Counted from the first letter of the stretch, positions 1 through 13,960 are shown. The stretch is 64,000 nucleotides of DNA from Octopus sinensis (GCF_006345805.1 NC_043013.1:31186001-31250000); one strand, 5' to 3'. Numbers and translations are program-made. Notes: generated by a model not told the origin, from the letters alone.

Positions 1-156
1 CAGATCCAATACGTTGAATATTGCACGAACTGAGATCCCCACTGGGAGGTCACTAGCTTACAACTGAATCTACTTATATTGAATGTCATTCTAAATTGCG
101 GAGTTTTAGAGCAGTTATACTATTTTCTATAGATTGGGTGTCCCATTCGCGCCGAG

Positions 157-335
157 CTTCTTCTTCTTCTTCTTCTTCTTCTTCTTCTTCTTCTTCTTCT
201 TCTTCTTCTTCTTCTTCTTCTTCTTCTTCTTCTTCTTCTCATCCTCCTCCTCCTCCTCCCTCTTCTTCTTCTTCTTCTTCTTACTCTTCTTCTTCGTCTT
301 CTTCTTCTTCGTCATCTTCGTCTTCTTTTCTTCTT
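157..335. repeat. (CTT)n microsatellite with CCT/CGT variants
   Basis: Direct reading. Confidence 0.97.
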
Positions 336-715
336 CTCCATATATATATATAGATAGATATAAAGCGACAGACATACAGACGGACAGACAGATACGTTTA
401 CTGTTTGTTTGGTCATTTATACCCACGACTACAGCGATGACAATTATAATGAATTTATTCAATTGTCAACAATATTATTACATTATATATTTTACAATTA
501 TGATTTTTGTAATTATACTAGTAATTAACGTTACCGCCGCTTTCCTCAATTCGTTTCACTGCTGTGCAATTTATTCCCGTTATTCTCAAATCTGAATTAA
601 TTTGTCATCGCTATGTAATGCATTAAATATATTTAAATTGAAAGACTGTATCCTACGACGTTAAATTTTCTTCCAGCTTATGTAATATTTTTGGCAGAAC
701 CATCATATGTATATT

Positions 716-871
716 CTCTTTTACTCTTTTACTTGTTTCAGTCATTTGACTGCGGCCATGCTGGAGCACCACCTTTTAGTACTTATTCTATCGGTCTCTT
801 TTTGCCGAACCGCTAAGTGACGGGGACACAAACACACCAGCATCGGTTGTCAAGCAATGCTAGGGGGATAA

Positions 872-932
<61 letters not shown>

Positions 933-1093
933 CATATATACGACGGGCTTCTTCAGTTTCCGTCTACCAAATCCACTCACAAGGCATTGGTCGGCCCGGG
1001 GCTATAGCAGAAGACACTTGCCCAAGATGCCACGCAGTGGGACTGAACCCGAAACTGTGTGGTTGGTTAGCAAGCTACTTACCACACAGCCAC
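716..1093 (-). mobile_element. tRNA-derived SINE family A (internal CA/TA microsatellite), internally deleted copy
   Basis: Near-identical to copies at 13.6, 29.8, 37.7 and 52.3 kb; minus strand shows A-box TGGCTGTGTGG and B-box GGTTCAGTCC; (GAGTAAAA)-type tail. Confidence 0.9.
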
Positions 1094-1596
1094 ATTTAAT
1101 TTTTAATTAATTTTGAATTCATTGTCATTCCAATCTTCTGAACATTACTTCTATCATCACCTTTGAATTTTTATTCAGCATGGCAATTTCGAAGCATATT
1201 TTAATCGCATATTACCCATTTCAAATTTTTTTTTTTAAATGTATTTGTGAGATCTTTGTGGAATATAAATTAATTTGTTACACAATAAATCAAAATTTAG
1301 TTACGGTTTGTTTGAAGCCAAAACCTGTAAATGTCATTCTTATATTTCACAAAAAGAAACAATGCATTGCTAGTTATGTTTAATTATTACAGATAGAAAA
1401 CTGAACCTTAATGGGATATATCTATCTATCTATCTACCTATCTACCTACTTATCTATATATATATATATAAATACATCAAGCAACACACATTTGGTGAAA
1501 TCTTAGAATAAGTGTATTCGCTGACAAGTAATACTCCAGCGCAAAGTACGTCTCTTGTTTTGGTTCTGTACCAATATTTACAATGTTACGATTAGT

Positions 1597-1824
1597 TTAA
1601 ATATATGTTTGTGCTTCTAAATATATGTGAATAAAGATGAAAAAAATATGAGCGAAAGTATGTATGAGAGAACTGAATGTGGTGTAAAATACAAGCAACT
1701 CTTGACTATTCACTTGGGTGGAAAAAACTTCTGCAGATAAAGCAATGCTGGTCGTCGGAGTATTTAGTTGTCCACATAAGTGTTCTAAAGGAAGCTTGCA
1801 GTGCACACTGGAACACAAAACATC
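1597..1824 (-). pseudogene. Candidate LRP-like pseudo-exon, EGF-like module then propeller start
   Basis: Acceptor ...atttcaatacag then open frame DVLCSSVHCKLPLEHLCGQL...ELLVFY; EHLC resembles the EGF C.HLC motif. Confidence 0.38.
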
Positions 1825-2148
1825 CTGTATTGAAATATGTGTAAATCAGTATCAGACTTTAAATGCCACTAATTGTTTCGCTCAAAAGTCAGGTGCATTT
1901 GTAGACTTCTTAGAGTATTCTATATACTTGATTTTTGATATAAAGTTGCACTTTGTTTGGTATTATAAAATTGCGCTGTAGACATTACATTTACGCTTGG
2001 AGAAGCTTGTCAACAATGCGTTGCTGTGGGATTGAAGCAGTAACCAATTGACAGTGAACTTATTTTCTAAATCACTTAATTAAGGTGGCACTGAAGCTAG
2101 AAATGAGCTTCTATGTAGTTTGTATCTAGAAGGTAAAATATTAAGAGT

Positions 2149-2151
<3 letters not shown>

Positions 2152-2192
<41 letters not shown>

Positions 2193-2236
2193 AGAGAGAG
2201 AGAGGGAGACGGAGGTAGAGAGAGAGAAAGAGAGAA
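2152..2236. repeat. (AG)n microsatellite
   Basis: Direct reading. Confidence 0.95.
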
Positions 2237-2944
2237 AATCGGTTCAAGAGGTATCGTGTGAATGCGCCGTATATTGCTATAATAGCTGGAATGTCATGGA
2301 TGTAAATAATCGTAGAGCTAAATGATACATATGCATTATTAATGGAAGAGAATGCAGGTATGAAGATGTATAAACGAAGATTTTTGGGAGGAATTTTTTA
2401 TAATTTATGTATACTATGTTGCAAATGCAGAATCGTCATAAAATATTATACTGGTCTTTCTGTCCAAACTAAAGGAGACTAATATTTGATTGAAATATAT
2501 CTCAATTTATCATGATAAAAAGTATATTACGATGAGAAAATTAATTCTTAATTACCAATTAATTTCTTCTTAATAATTTCAATAATTTGATGACTCAGTT
2601 TAGTATTAATTACAGAGCAAAAAAACTTAATAAAACCGCTTAATGAAATCATTTAAATCTAAGCAACAATTTCACTAAAGAAAAGAACATTAATAAGCAA
2701 TATATTTTAAAATTTCATTTAATTGGCAATATTTTCTATGAAAATATACCGCATTAAATTGCGCTAGACATATAAAACCAAATAATTTTAGAAGCGTGAT
2801 TGTCATAAAAATTGTTCAATAGATTTTCATGCGTGCATGTATCAAAAATAATACATCAGAAAAGTTAATCACTGTAGCAGATATCGTAATTAGAACATTA
2901 TTTATATTCTCGTGGTGAAATAAACTGCAGGAAATATTCATTTT

Positions 2945-3115
2945 TCTATCTTCATCTTTTACTTGTGTTATTCTTAGGACTGTGGCTAGGTTGGGACATC
3001 ACCTTGAAGGATTAAGTCGGAGTAAATGACTCCAGTACTTGATTTTAAGTCTCTTGCTTATTCTATTAGTATCTTACCCCGAACCTCTAAGTTACGTAAA
3101 TATACAAGCCAGCAT
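2945..3115 (-). mobile_element. Old degenerate 3' half of SINE family A
   Basis: ttttacttgtg...gactgtggct...caccttgaagg...ccagtactt...ttattctatt...ccgaacctctaagttacg matches the family-A 3' half at low identity. Confidence 0.55.
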
Positions 3116-3421
3116 TTAAAAGAGAAATCTTCTCAGTGATCGGTAAACATCTTTAAAATAGAAGCGAAATTCTGCCCAAATCAGTCTACTACATTAAGTG
3201 AGAACTAAGTATCATGTAACGCAATCATATGTATCGGTGAAACGATAATGATAACTAAAATCAAACGAAAGTCACATCACTTATTGCCTCAGGTTAGACC
3301 TTCGAGGGTCTGCGACGCGTTTCTATTTTCTAACAAGAGCTATATGAATTTAGAAATCATGAGAACACATTTTCTTTCCCTTTCATCTAAATATTAATAT
3401 CATATTTCCTTATAGTTTGCA

Positions 3422-3590
3422 TTATCTCACCATGACAACAACCGATATATTTTCATGCGAAAACAATATCGCAATATAATAGAATGTTATCGCAAAATAA
3501 CAGGTTATTGATTGATAATCATGTTTCCAATCATGTATTTGAGCCGAAACAGCAAATGTGAAAAATGTGGTGATATAAGCAGGCATATAA
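3422..3590 (-). pseudogene. Candidate LRP-like pseudo-exon, blade-5-like
   Basis: FTFAVSAQIHDWKHDYQSI resembles PF.L.V....YWTDW...SI. Confidence 0.38.
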
Positions 3591-3690
3591 TAATATATAT
3601 AGTTGGGCAACTGTATGTATCTACATATAAACGCATACATGAATAATATCTATTTATTTGTCTACCTATCTATCACTCCCTCTCTCTGTA

Positions 3691-3727
<37 letters not shown>

Positions 3728-3821
3728 CACATACAGAAACAACTTGTTTTATATCTCTGAGCGAGTGATATGCAATAACCGTACGGGATATTAATGTTTA
3801 TGTGTCAAAAGAATGTGGTAC

Positions 3822-3990
3822 CCTTATAAAGGACGATATTACTACTGTTATAGCCCCAGAGAAACATATTTTCGAGCTGGCTATCGGCACAGAATTTGTG
3901 TCCGTATAATATTTGCAAGGCCACAGACCTAGGTTTCCTGATGTTATCCGTCTTCAAGCTAGTGACGAAAGCTCTCTCCACTTGCAAATA
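3822..3990 (-). pseudogene. Candidate LRP-like pseudo-exon, blade-3-like
   Basis: tag|TATTTGCAAG...AAGG|gtacc; open frame YLQVERAFVTSLKTDNIRKPRSVALQILYGHKFCADSQ resembles L.KPRAIALDP..GYMFWTD. Confidence 0.55.
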
Positions 3991-4081
3991 CTATACATAT
4001 TTTTTAAGCGACACACATTCTCTGATACCGTATAGAGAAGAAATATATATGTGTTTTTGGCTGTGTATGTGTATGAATATC

Positions 4082-4119
<38 letters not shown>

Positions 4120-4259
4120 TATATATAATATATATATATGTATATATACGTATACATATATATCCGCCATATATATACACACACACATATTCACATGCAT
4201 GTATGTTTCTTTGTGCGTGTTTGTGCACAAATGTATGTGTGTGTGTGCGTGTATATATG

Positions 4260-4312
<53 letters not shown>

Positions 4313-4385
4313 TCCCCCACCCGAAATTCTTGGCTTTGTTCCAAAATTTTAAATCATTAAAACTATTCTCCTTCTTTTTCTTATT

Positions 4386-4386
4386 C

Positions 4387-4445
<59 letters not shown>

Positions 4446-4462
4446 ATTATTATTATTATTAT
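4386..4462. repeat. (ATT)n / (TAA)n tract at the 3' end of a Dong-like LINE
   Basis: Direct reading. Confidence 0.95.
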
Positions 4463-6935
4463 ATGACTTTTGATTTGTATTTGTAAAGTTGGCTCCAAGT
4501 CTCACCCACAGACCTCAGGAGACAACAAGTTAGAAGTTCACGTTGGTGTTATACCTAGGGTGTCATTTATTTGGTTTTCCACATAGTACTTACAATTCTA
4601 GAGACTTTCTAAGAAAACATAATGAAATTATGAGTTTGTTTAAACATTTGAGATTACACAGACAATATTTTACGTAGGATATGGGCAGTTCCCATGTGTA
4701 CTATCTTTTGAATTTCTGCCATTTTGGTATTTCTCGGTATCTGAACTAGGTAACAATAAGCCCCTTTTGCTATCGTTCCTAGGGCACCTATGACAATAGG
4801 TATTGTTGTAGTCTTGAGATTCCACAGTTCGCCAATTTCTATTTCAAGATCTTTATACTTGCTCAGTTTTTGTGGGGCTTAACAAATATATTTATGTCGA
4901 GTGGGACAGTTATATAAATGATAAGGCATGATTTCATCTGAAGTCTTTCAATATAATGTCTGGCCAATTCGCATCTATCTTTCTGTCAGTTTCAATGGTC
5001 AAGTTCCAGATGAGTGAGATGTCATCAAGTACTGTAGGTGATTTGTGTTCCTACCAGTTTTTATCATGGGAAAGGTATATGCTTTTGAAAATTACCCAGT
5101 GAATATATATATTGTGCTGGTCTATCATGCTTGTTGGGATAACCTGCAGGCGCAAAAAGACTGCACATGGAGACAACATGATTAATGGTTTCAGTCCGAA
5201 CTCCATTCTGATATCAGCAGTGCAGTTATACACCGTATCAACGAGGGAACTGACTTGGGCTTCATCTTTAACATAAAGTTCGAGGTCGTCCATGAATAAC
5301 AAATGGTTGACATTTTGTCGGCGGCTATTGAATACATACCCAGTTTTTGCTTTCCTCAGAATCATTGTTAGTGGTATCAAGCACAGAACAAAGGTCAGTG
5401 GGGACAAGCAGTCCCCTTAGAAGATGCCCCTCCTAAATTCTACTGTCCCTAAGCCTCTTCCGTATGCTGTCAAGTCCCTTCCTCCAATTCGCCATACCTT
5501 TTCCAAGCAATCGCTCAGCATTCGATGCAGTACCAAATAGGTTCACACACTCCATAATCCAAGAATGTGGGAACATATCGTACGCCTTACGATAGCCGAT
5601 CCATGTCATGGCTAAGTTACTTTTCCTCCTCTTGCAGTCTCTAAGTACAGTTTTGTCTATCAGGAGTTAATCTTCGTACCTCTGCACTTACGCTTGCAAC
5701 CCGTCTGCTCATATGGCAGGACTCCATTTTTTCCAGATATTCGTACATTGACTCTGCGAGTATTCCAGTCAATAACTCCCACATAAGTGGCAAACCGATT
5801 ATCGGCCTGTAATTCTCTACCGTATTGCTTTTTTCGATGTTTTTCGGGCAGAGCACAGTCCTACCCAATATCAACCACTTTGGTGTTCCTTGGTCGGCAT
5901 TTAATAAGGTGTTGAGTTGCGCAGCTATTTGTGCATGACAGTCACCAAATCTTTTGATCCAGTAGCCTTGAACTCCATCTGGTCCACAGGGCCTTCCAGT
6001 TGCTCCTTTGTTTACTGATTTCCCTTACTTTCCTAACTGAAATGACTAGTTCTGCCTGTTTTGGACTGACTACTGTTTGTTTCAGTCCTTGCAACCATTC
6101 AGCATCCGTCTTGTGCTCCTTGTCTTTGCTTCAGATGTCATTCCAAAATCTTTGACTCTCAATGTTAGCTGGTATCTACTTTTAATCTGTATACTCTACA
6201 TTTATTTCTTTGTAGAATCTCTTCTGATCTACTCTCTCTCTCAATAACCTATTCTAGCGGTAACCTTTCATTCTTTGGTGGTATCTTACTATCTTTGCTT
6301 TCTTTGAAACGAGGCGCTGTTTCAGTTCCTCCACTACTACTTTCAGGTCCTCTCTTTCAATATTATTCTTCCATTTCAGTGCCCTGTATTTTACATCCTT
6401 TTCAGCGCCCTGTATTGTTGTTCGCTTTTAAGCTCCCTTTTCTCTTTTCGATGTAACATAGAGATTTCTTTCGAGGGCATGTCTAACCCTGCCTGGATTC
6501 TTCTTTTCCGCCATGGATCTTTTCTTCTGTCACTTCTATTATGTTTCTTTTTCTTGACATCAACACTCACTTTTTCTGCTACAACAATACTTGCGGCATT
6601 GATCAACTTATTTGTTTCAGTGATGTTTGTTCTGATGTATTTCAGAATTTCATTGACAATTTTCGTTTCTTGGTTCAATTTCGATCGATCAACCTTTTCT
6701 AAGGTTGCAAATAATGTCGCTATCGTTCACCTGTAGCCTTCTCTTTATTCTTTCGTAGATTGCCTTTTGTTCATCTGTTATGTCGCCATTAGTTTTATTG
6801 TCTTCTTTTAGATCATCTATATGTCTCTCATCAAGTAAACTACCACTGCTCCTTTCCTGTGCTCTGGGGTTACTCTTATTAGTAAGAACTGTATTTTCAC
6901 TGTTGTCCCCGAAGTGAATGGCGTTGTACCAATAT
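4463..6935 (-). mobile_element. R4/Dong-type RLE non-LTR retrotransposon remnant (RT N-half, zinc-knuckle end, RLE, 3' UTR), internally deleted
   Basis: Minus-strand peptides NYRPIIGLPLMWELLTG, YRKAYDMFPHSWI, GIF*GDCLSPL, HLLFMDDLELY, then ETINHVVSMC, ANWPDII, KYKDLEIEIGELW...IPIVIGALG; ends in (TAA)n. Many stops and frameshifts. Confidence 0.88.
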
Positions 6936-7089
6936 TTCACTATTAATATTGTCATTGTTGTTGCTATAAGCCATGTAAACCAGAGTACGTTTGTTTAGTA
7001 TGATATTTGCAATAATATTGCTAGTAAATTAATAATTTAGACAGTCGTGACTTGATGTGATTCACTTCATCTAAGCTTCTATTAGCATA

Positions 7090-7095
7090 TGTATG

Positions 7096-7153
<58 letters not shown>

Positions 7154-7201
7154 TATATATATATACGTATACATTTATACATATATATATACATATATAT
7201 A

Positions 7202-7244
<43 letters not shown>

Positions 7245-7310
7245 TATATACGTATATATAGATACATAGATATAAGGATATATATATATATATATATCTG
7301 TATATATATA
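7090..7310. repeat. Long imperfect (TA)n
   Basis: Direct reading. Confidence 0.95.
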
Positions 7311-7639
7311 AAATTTACATGGTATTCCTTCATATCGAGCGTTAGCAAATTACTTTGTATCTAGTCAAAGCATGCTAATATGGTTTAGGAAAATTTTGTG
7401 ACAGATTAATTAATATATATATTCAGTAATATAATTCATATCGACATATATATTTTAAACTTCATGTCTCTCAATAATTAATTAAATGAAGAACTTTTCA
7501 ACTAGCCGTGATATGCTATTACTAAATTAACACGATAGTTCACTCATGTTCCTCCTTCTGAGGGTTTGGAAGGAATTTACATGTCTTGGTATGAATAACA
7601 TGCTTTCTGTTTACTCAATACAGCGACATTCAGGCTTTC

Positions 7640-7772
7640 TCAGTGCTTAGATATACTTTAGAAGCACTCCAGAGAAAAATGTAGTGATATTCAGATAACA
7701 AAATCAACATCCAGTATTCAGGGTATCTCTGTAAGGAGATCTAAACTCGTGCTTGATGAGAAAAGATAGTCT
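7640..7772 (-). pseudogene. Candidate LRP-like pseudo-exon, blade-1-like
   Basis: Acceptor ggtatcttacag; DYLFSS...ILDVDF and, in another frame, HYIFLWSAS; stops and a frameshift. Confidence 0.42.
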
Positions 7773-8899
7773 CTGTAAGATACCAAATGAGATTCATGTA
7801 TATCAAAGTCATGGAGAGAGAGAGGGATGATAAAGAGAAAGAGCGACAGAATGGTTTAACGGCTGCCTTTTATAGAAAAGTGTCTACTTTTACCACGTGG
7901 GAAATGTGTTTACAAACCGAATGTAAGTGTGTACGTATTTACAGCTTAGACCAATATTACCGGCACTATTTAATTGGATTTAATAAAACAAATATCAGAA
8001 AGCAAAACCAATTTGTGGTTCCATTGCAACAACGAGCCTATACAAGAGAATCTGTGTATGCTTGTATTTATTTATAAACGTTTATATACGCGTTATAAAC
8101 AAAATTCAATCCATAACAATAAAATATTAACTAATTGTTTTCATCAGCAGCGATGGTGGATACATGTTGTGCCTTACTAAAGATTTCCGTTGTAAGGATG
8201 ATACTAATGAGTTTACAGTAATGTATTTGACGCCTCATTGTAGCATCATGTATAGAATTTTCGTATCGATACGCCAGTATGGCCACTAGCAAATAGCAGA
8301 AAGCAGCCAAAACCTATTAGTGCGAAACGCTGCAATTAAAAACTGAAAACCAGTTAAAAATTACATTTTTTTAATCCCCACAGGCTTTACAGTATAGTCT
8401 AAACCATCGATTTTATGTGGAATTCTAACAAAATGAAATCAAAATATTACTTAAAATAACTTTCAATCATTATAGAATATATTTATGGAGGAATAGAATA
8501 TGAAAGTAGCTGAAAAAATAAAATATAATAACTCATCCGAGAATTAAATCTGCTTCTAACTGTTAACTCCTAAATCCCCGAAAATTTCACTTCAAATGTA
8601 AAACATACACTTTAGTTAATTGTGTTTTCGTGCAGTACTAAAAAACACCACTCTATTTATAGTAGTGATTTTAGTATTTGATATTGCCGATACTGCGGTG
8701 CATATATTCAACATCTGAAAATATATTCTGGGAAGGAAAATGCGTAAAATAAGCAATCAATTTACACGCTAGAAATAGCTCGCCAGTTGAAAAATAGGGA
8801 CAACTTCAAACAAAATATGCGCAGCCCAGAACTCCACGTTATACAAGTAATCAAGAAATAACACAAAGATTAAGCTATAGAAAACCAAAGCAACGGGCA

Positions 8900-9411
8900 A
8901 AAGTATTAAGCAACTTAAACACTAAAAGAAATTCTAAAATATTACATAATGTTATATGCATAATTGCTAAGAGCACCGGATACACAATGTTTCTAGTCAC
9001 ACAATTAACTTAAAGCAGCTTAAGCACAAACACCAAGGAGACACCCGAATCAGTCACTTATTTCAAAGTCAGTATCCCACTTCAAATCCATACATTGACG
9101 TCAAAAATGAAAAAGACCACTTCTTCCTACCAGAAAGCTAAGAGCAAAAGCATAATGTTAGGAATCAAATTGATTATTGTTAGACAAATCTGAAACTTAC
9201 ACAAAAGGCATGGAGAAACTGAAAGACTCACTATATTTAATATAATTAACACCAACACTACTAAATACCTTTTCATCAGTTCTAAAGATAATAGCACAAC
9301 AATTCTAGAAAAAGGGATACTCTTTACTCTTTTACTTGTTCCAGTCATTTGACTGCGGCCATGCTAGAGCATCGCCTTTAGTCGAGCAAATCGACCCAAG
9401 GACTTATTCTT

Positions 9412-9463
<52 letters not shown>

Positions 9464-9900
9464 ACTGGCTTCTTTCACTTTCCGTCTACCAAATCCACTC
9501 ACAAGGATTTGGTCGGCCCGAGGCTATAGTAGAAGACACTTACCCAAGGTGCCACGCATTGGAAATGAACCCGGAACCATGTGGTTGGTAAAGAAGCTAC
9601 TTACCACACATCCACTCCTGCCACTTCATATTATTCATACACATATTTACCTTTCTAATCATACAACTACACTATTCTCAATCCGACCAGAGGACCTACC
9701 TGAGAGCTTCAAATGGCTATCAGTTCTTAGGCAGGTGCAATTTGTAGTGTGAAAAAGCAACTCACTAACAGTTTGAAATAGCAACTTATTAACAGTTTCA
9801 AATTACCTCAATGGAATGGCATGAAGAGATTTCCTTTTTAACGCTCAATTAAGAACCAGTACAAAAGCAAACTTTCACATTTTCCTCGAAATATGTACCC
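8900..9900 (+). mobile_element. Highly decayed Penelope-like RT/thumb remnant interrupted by a SINE
   Basis: RHGETERLTIFNIINT...KDNSTTILE resembles HG.E.L..F...IN....FLD; after the SINE, YLSNHT...SI resembles the PLE thumb. Confidence 0.35.
9319..9622 (-). mobile_element. SINE family A copy with internal deletion
   Basis: Same head and tail as other copies; central part replaced by the GT/TA microsatellite. Confidence 0.88.
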
Positions 9901-10053
9901 ACATTCCTTAAGATATATTACACTAACCATATCTAAATAATCTGTAAACTCGGCCATTGCCACACTTAACACGATAAACATTCTCTACACACAAGACAGA
10001 ATAAACTTAACAACAGATGCCACAAATCTGCAACAACACAAATACATTACATA

Positions 10054-11245
10054 TATCAGGCTGAATAAAAAGTAAGCAACGTTTTGAAACAAATTCATCA
10101 CAATATATTTCAAAAATGCGGAAATTTTATTCATCAAATAAGTACCATTACAATCAACACATTTTTGCCAACGAGTTACAAGTTTTTTTTTCTGATAACA
10201 TAATATGGAGTTCTGGAGCTGAGCAACTTTTTGAATGCACTTTTGGCCTCGGTTTTGGAGCTTCAGAAAGCGGTACTGTGGGGGAAAGGTCTGGGGTATA
10301 AGCTGGTTTGGGAAGAACTTCGTAGCCAAGTTGGCTCAACTTCTGGAAAGTCAATAGTGAAACGTATGGTCGATCATTGTCATGAAAATTGGTTGTCCCT
10401 CTTCTGTTGACCAGTCTGCGACAGAGATGTAGCACGTTTTCGATTGTTTTGGCAATTTCATTGCAATATATTTCTGCAACAATGGTTTCTCCGGGTTATA
10501 GTGGATGAGTTATAGTGAATGCGTTCAGCAGTACACCACCAAACCTTCTTTCTCGGGTTTAGGGAGATTTTCGGTGCTTCATTCTGGTCTAATCACTGGG
10601 AAGAACGTTTTTTTATTATTGTATAGAATCCACTTTCCAACACAAGGTACAATGCGGTCGAGAAATAGATAGTTCGGGTTACGGAGAGGAAGCGACGAGC
10701 AAATTTCATATCTGCGCATTTTCTGATCTTCATTCAAATCGTGTGGTAGCCATTTGTCGAGCTTTGTAGATTTTCCGATCGCATGCAAATGGTGGCAGGC
10801 AGTTTTCTGGCTAACTTAAAGTTCTTTTGCCAGTTCTCGAGTGGTTTTACATGGATCTTTCTCAATGACGGTCTTTAATGGCGGTCACCGATGACAGATA
10901 GGCATCCACTACGCTCAGGATCTCCAAGGCTCAGGTCTCCACTGTGAAATCATTTAAATCATTTTCGAGTTCACCACTCACTGGTCATTTCCGCACCAGC
11001 TGCTTTGCGTTCTTTTTTGAAATTGAATAGCAAAATTGCTCGAATATCGCGCTTTCACGGTTCCATTTCAGGTGACTAACAACGATGAAAAAGGTATCAA
11101 TATTAACTTATTGATGCATTTGGGCTTCAATATCTGTATCATCAGATAATTGCGAAAAAAAACACGAAAAATACAAAACTCTGCAAAAATCGTGTACAAA
11201 TTCCTCATGGTTCAAAACGTCGCTTTCTTGTTACTCAAACTGATA
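10054..11245 (-). mobile_element. Mariner (Tc1/mariner) element, defective transposase, both TIRs retained
   Basis: TIRs TATCAGGCTGAATAAAAAGTAAGCAACGTTTTGAA (10054-10088) and TTCAAAACGTCGCTTTCTTGTTACTCAAACTGATA (11211-11245) with TA ends; transposase from ATG at 11066: IRAILLFNFKK, FHSGDLSLGD.ERSG, KWLPHDL, FLDRIV..VGKWILYNN, HDNDRPY, PAYTPDLSP. Confidence 0.9.
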
Positions 11246-12481
11246 GAAAAGAAATCAATCTTGCATCTAATTCATGTGACCAACAGAGAATAACAGTGAT
11301 TTTAGCCAACATAGAATATTCCATCTTCGCTTGGCTTTACATTCTTGAATACATTGCAAAAGACAATAAGTAACCCATTTTACAAAGTGGTTTAAAGGAA
11401 AGCCACATTAAAATTTCACAAAAAAAGAACGGAATCAGCACACATGACAAATGCAGTTTCTTGTCTCGAGAAAATCCAGAAGTCAACAGAAAGAATAAAA
11501 TATCTCACAATGATACTCAACTGAATAATTAATTAACAGCAGGTGAAAATGAAAAAGGATTTTGTTGAAACATATATTACTCTTATACAGTGTAATGAAA
11601 ACTAAATCCTCCCGACATTTCTTTAGTTTCCTAAGACGGCCAGCTTAAAAAAATCAAGAGACATGTCAGCTAATGATCCAAGAAGAACGAGAGATTGTAT
11701 GTAGTAACATTTCTCATTATGCTTGTTATCTTGACTCACTACATTTAAGTAAAAACTAGGGGTACAAGAAAACATTGTGGTTAAACTGGTTTTTTTAACC
11801 TTGCCCAAATATCTATACATACACAATAAGCAAGATTAAGTTAAAATATCAGAAAAAAGGTGGAAAGCTGGTGTTGCCATAGGTTCGAGAATCATAATTG
11901 TGTATACCAAGGTAATGAATAAAATTTTTTTTTTTTTAGTGTCAGTACGCTAAAATACTCCGTTTGAGAACCTCTGCCGGAGATATTATAACATGGCCGC
12001 TGATGCATTGAGATTTGTTAAGTGTTCATAAAGAGTATGTAACATATTTATCGGTTTTGACGTTACGTTTTTTTATTTTTATTCTCTTATCCAGACATCT
12101 ACAATCGAGCACTAAAATCATGTTTCGTAAGAGAGAGAGGGAGAAATAGAGAAAGAGAGGGAAACAGAGATGAACAGTAGCACGCAATGAACTTATTTTG
12201 ATATTTGATATTTCACAGTAAAAATAAATTTTTCGATAAATTTCATGAGTAACATGCAGACCGAAATCGTCATTTGATTAAAAAGATAAAAACGAAATTT
12301 ATTACTGATTCGACATCGTTACTGCATGCGATTCTTTAATGGTTTTGCTTAATAATTTAGATTTTATGTTTTATGTGATCGCAAAATTCTTCTTTCAACT
12401 AAACTGTCTTTCTAATAATTTAAATCCATACATATTTTGACGACGGAGCACACACACACACGCACGTATTTTTTCTCTCTC

Positions 12482-12545
<64 letters not shown>

Positions 12546-12657
12546 CACACAGACAGACACACATAAGGAAACTGTATAGAAAAATAGGTATGTATAGATT
12601 AAAATTATTAGAAAGTTATCATACTTCTATTTCTCTCTCTCTCTCTCTCTCTCTCTT

Positions 12658-12739
<82 letters not shown>

Positions 12740-12748
12740 ATATATATT

Positions 12749-13082
12749 GAGACCCCCTTCGGTCATGAATGACCATGAGTTTGCACCTACAAAGTTGCCC
12801 TCCGAGGCACAACACAGGGCAAGGTTGTTTATCGAAGATCAGTAGTCGACTATACATACCACGCTCCACTCTCCACATCACTGATGTTATCCAAGGGAAA
12901 GGCAAACGGGCTGATACAGCTTGTCATCAGTGGTGTCGCAACTCATTTCTACAGCTGAGTGCACTGGAGCAACGTGAAATAAAGTGTCTTGCTCAAGAAC
13001 ACAACACGCAGCCTGGTCCGAGAATCGAACTCACAACCTGACGATCTTAAGCTCGACGCTCTAACCACTGAGTTATGCGCCT
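12749..13082 (-). mobile_element. tRNA-derived CORE-like SINE (family C, tail type 1)
   Basis: Minus strand: AGGCGCATAACTCAGTGGTTAGAGCG...GAGTTCGATTCTC (A/B boxes), then GTGTTGTGTTCTTGAGCAAGACACTTTATTTCACGTTGCTCCAG, resembling the CORE domain. Confidence 0.8.
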
Positions 13083-13103
13083 ATCTATCATCTTTCTATC
13101 TAT

Positions 13104-13208
<105 letters not shown>

Positions 13209-13552
13209 GTATATATATATATATATGGGTTAAATAGTATTCACATCAAAAAGCAACCGTCTGGCGTTAATCAATAGTCCAATGAAATTTGAGCGGAATA
13301 GTATAATCAGGAACGGATTTTCAGTGCGATATTGTGGTCTTGGACAATAAAGTATTGATATATCTATAACTCGCATACAACTATGTGTTACTGAATATTT
13401 TAGTATCAATAGGGATTTAAACTAAATATAGGATTTATGTGTTCAATACTGTGTATTTACGAAACTAAGATGTTAACACTGTAACATCGTCAGCAATAAA
13501 ATAAAAAATCATAAAAATTATCAAGTAAAAAGTATGAAAATTATCAACTATC

Positions 13553-13960
13553 ATAGGCGCAGGAGTGGATGTGTGGTAAGTTGCTAGATTACCAGCCACA
13601 TAGTACCGGGTTCAGTCCCACTGCGTGGCACCTTCGGCTAGTATCTTCTACTATAGCATCGGGTCGACCAAAGCATTGTGAGTGGATTTGGTAGACGCAA
13701 ACTGAAAGGAGCCCGTCGTATATATTTATATATGTATACGTGTCTATATGTGTGTGTTTGTGTGCCTGTGTTTGTCCCCCCAACATCGCTTGACAACCGA
13801 TGCTGGTGTGTTTACGTCCCTGTAACATAGCGGTTCGGCAAAAGAGACCGATCGAATAAGTACTAGGCTTACAAAGAATAAGTTCGGGTGTCGATTTGCT
13901 CGGCTAACCGCGGTGCTCCAGCATGGCCGCAGTCAAATGACTGAAACAAGTAGAAGAGAG
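13553..13960 (+). mobile_element. SINE family A, full-length, more diverged
   Basis: ATAGGCGCAGGAGTGGATGTGTGGTAAG...GGTTCAGTCCC...GCATGGCCGCAGTCAAATGACTGAAACAAGTA. Confidence 0.9.

Noticed and set aside
30-135. Possible Helitron 3' end (hairpin + CTAG at about 34-57) and TIR-like TATAGATTGGGTGTCCC
   Set aside because: The stem is weak, there is no matching partner end in the window, and the window edge truncates the context.
817-1110. Recurrent ORF ...[32 protein letters not shown] (also at 9.3, 30.0, 37.8 and 52.4 kb)
   Set aside because: Antisense reading of SINE family A; recurrence reflects repeat copies, not a protein family.
13553-13630. tRNA-like sequences at SINE heads (also 12990-13082, 25192-25280, 58421-58495)
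   Set aside because: They have A/B boxes but no complete cloverleaf and continue into SINE bodies, so they are not tRNA genes.
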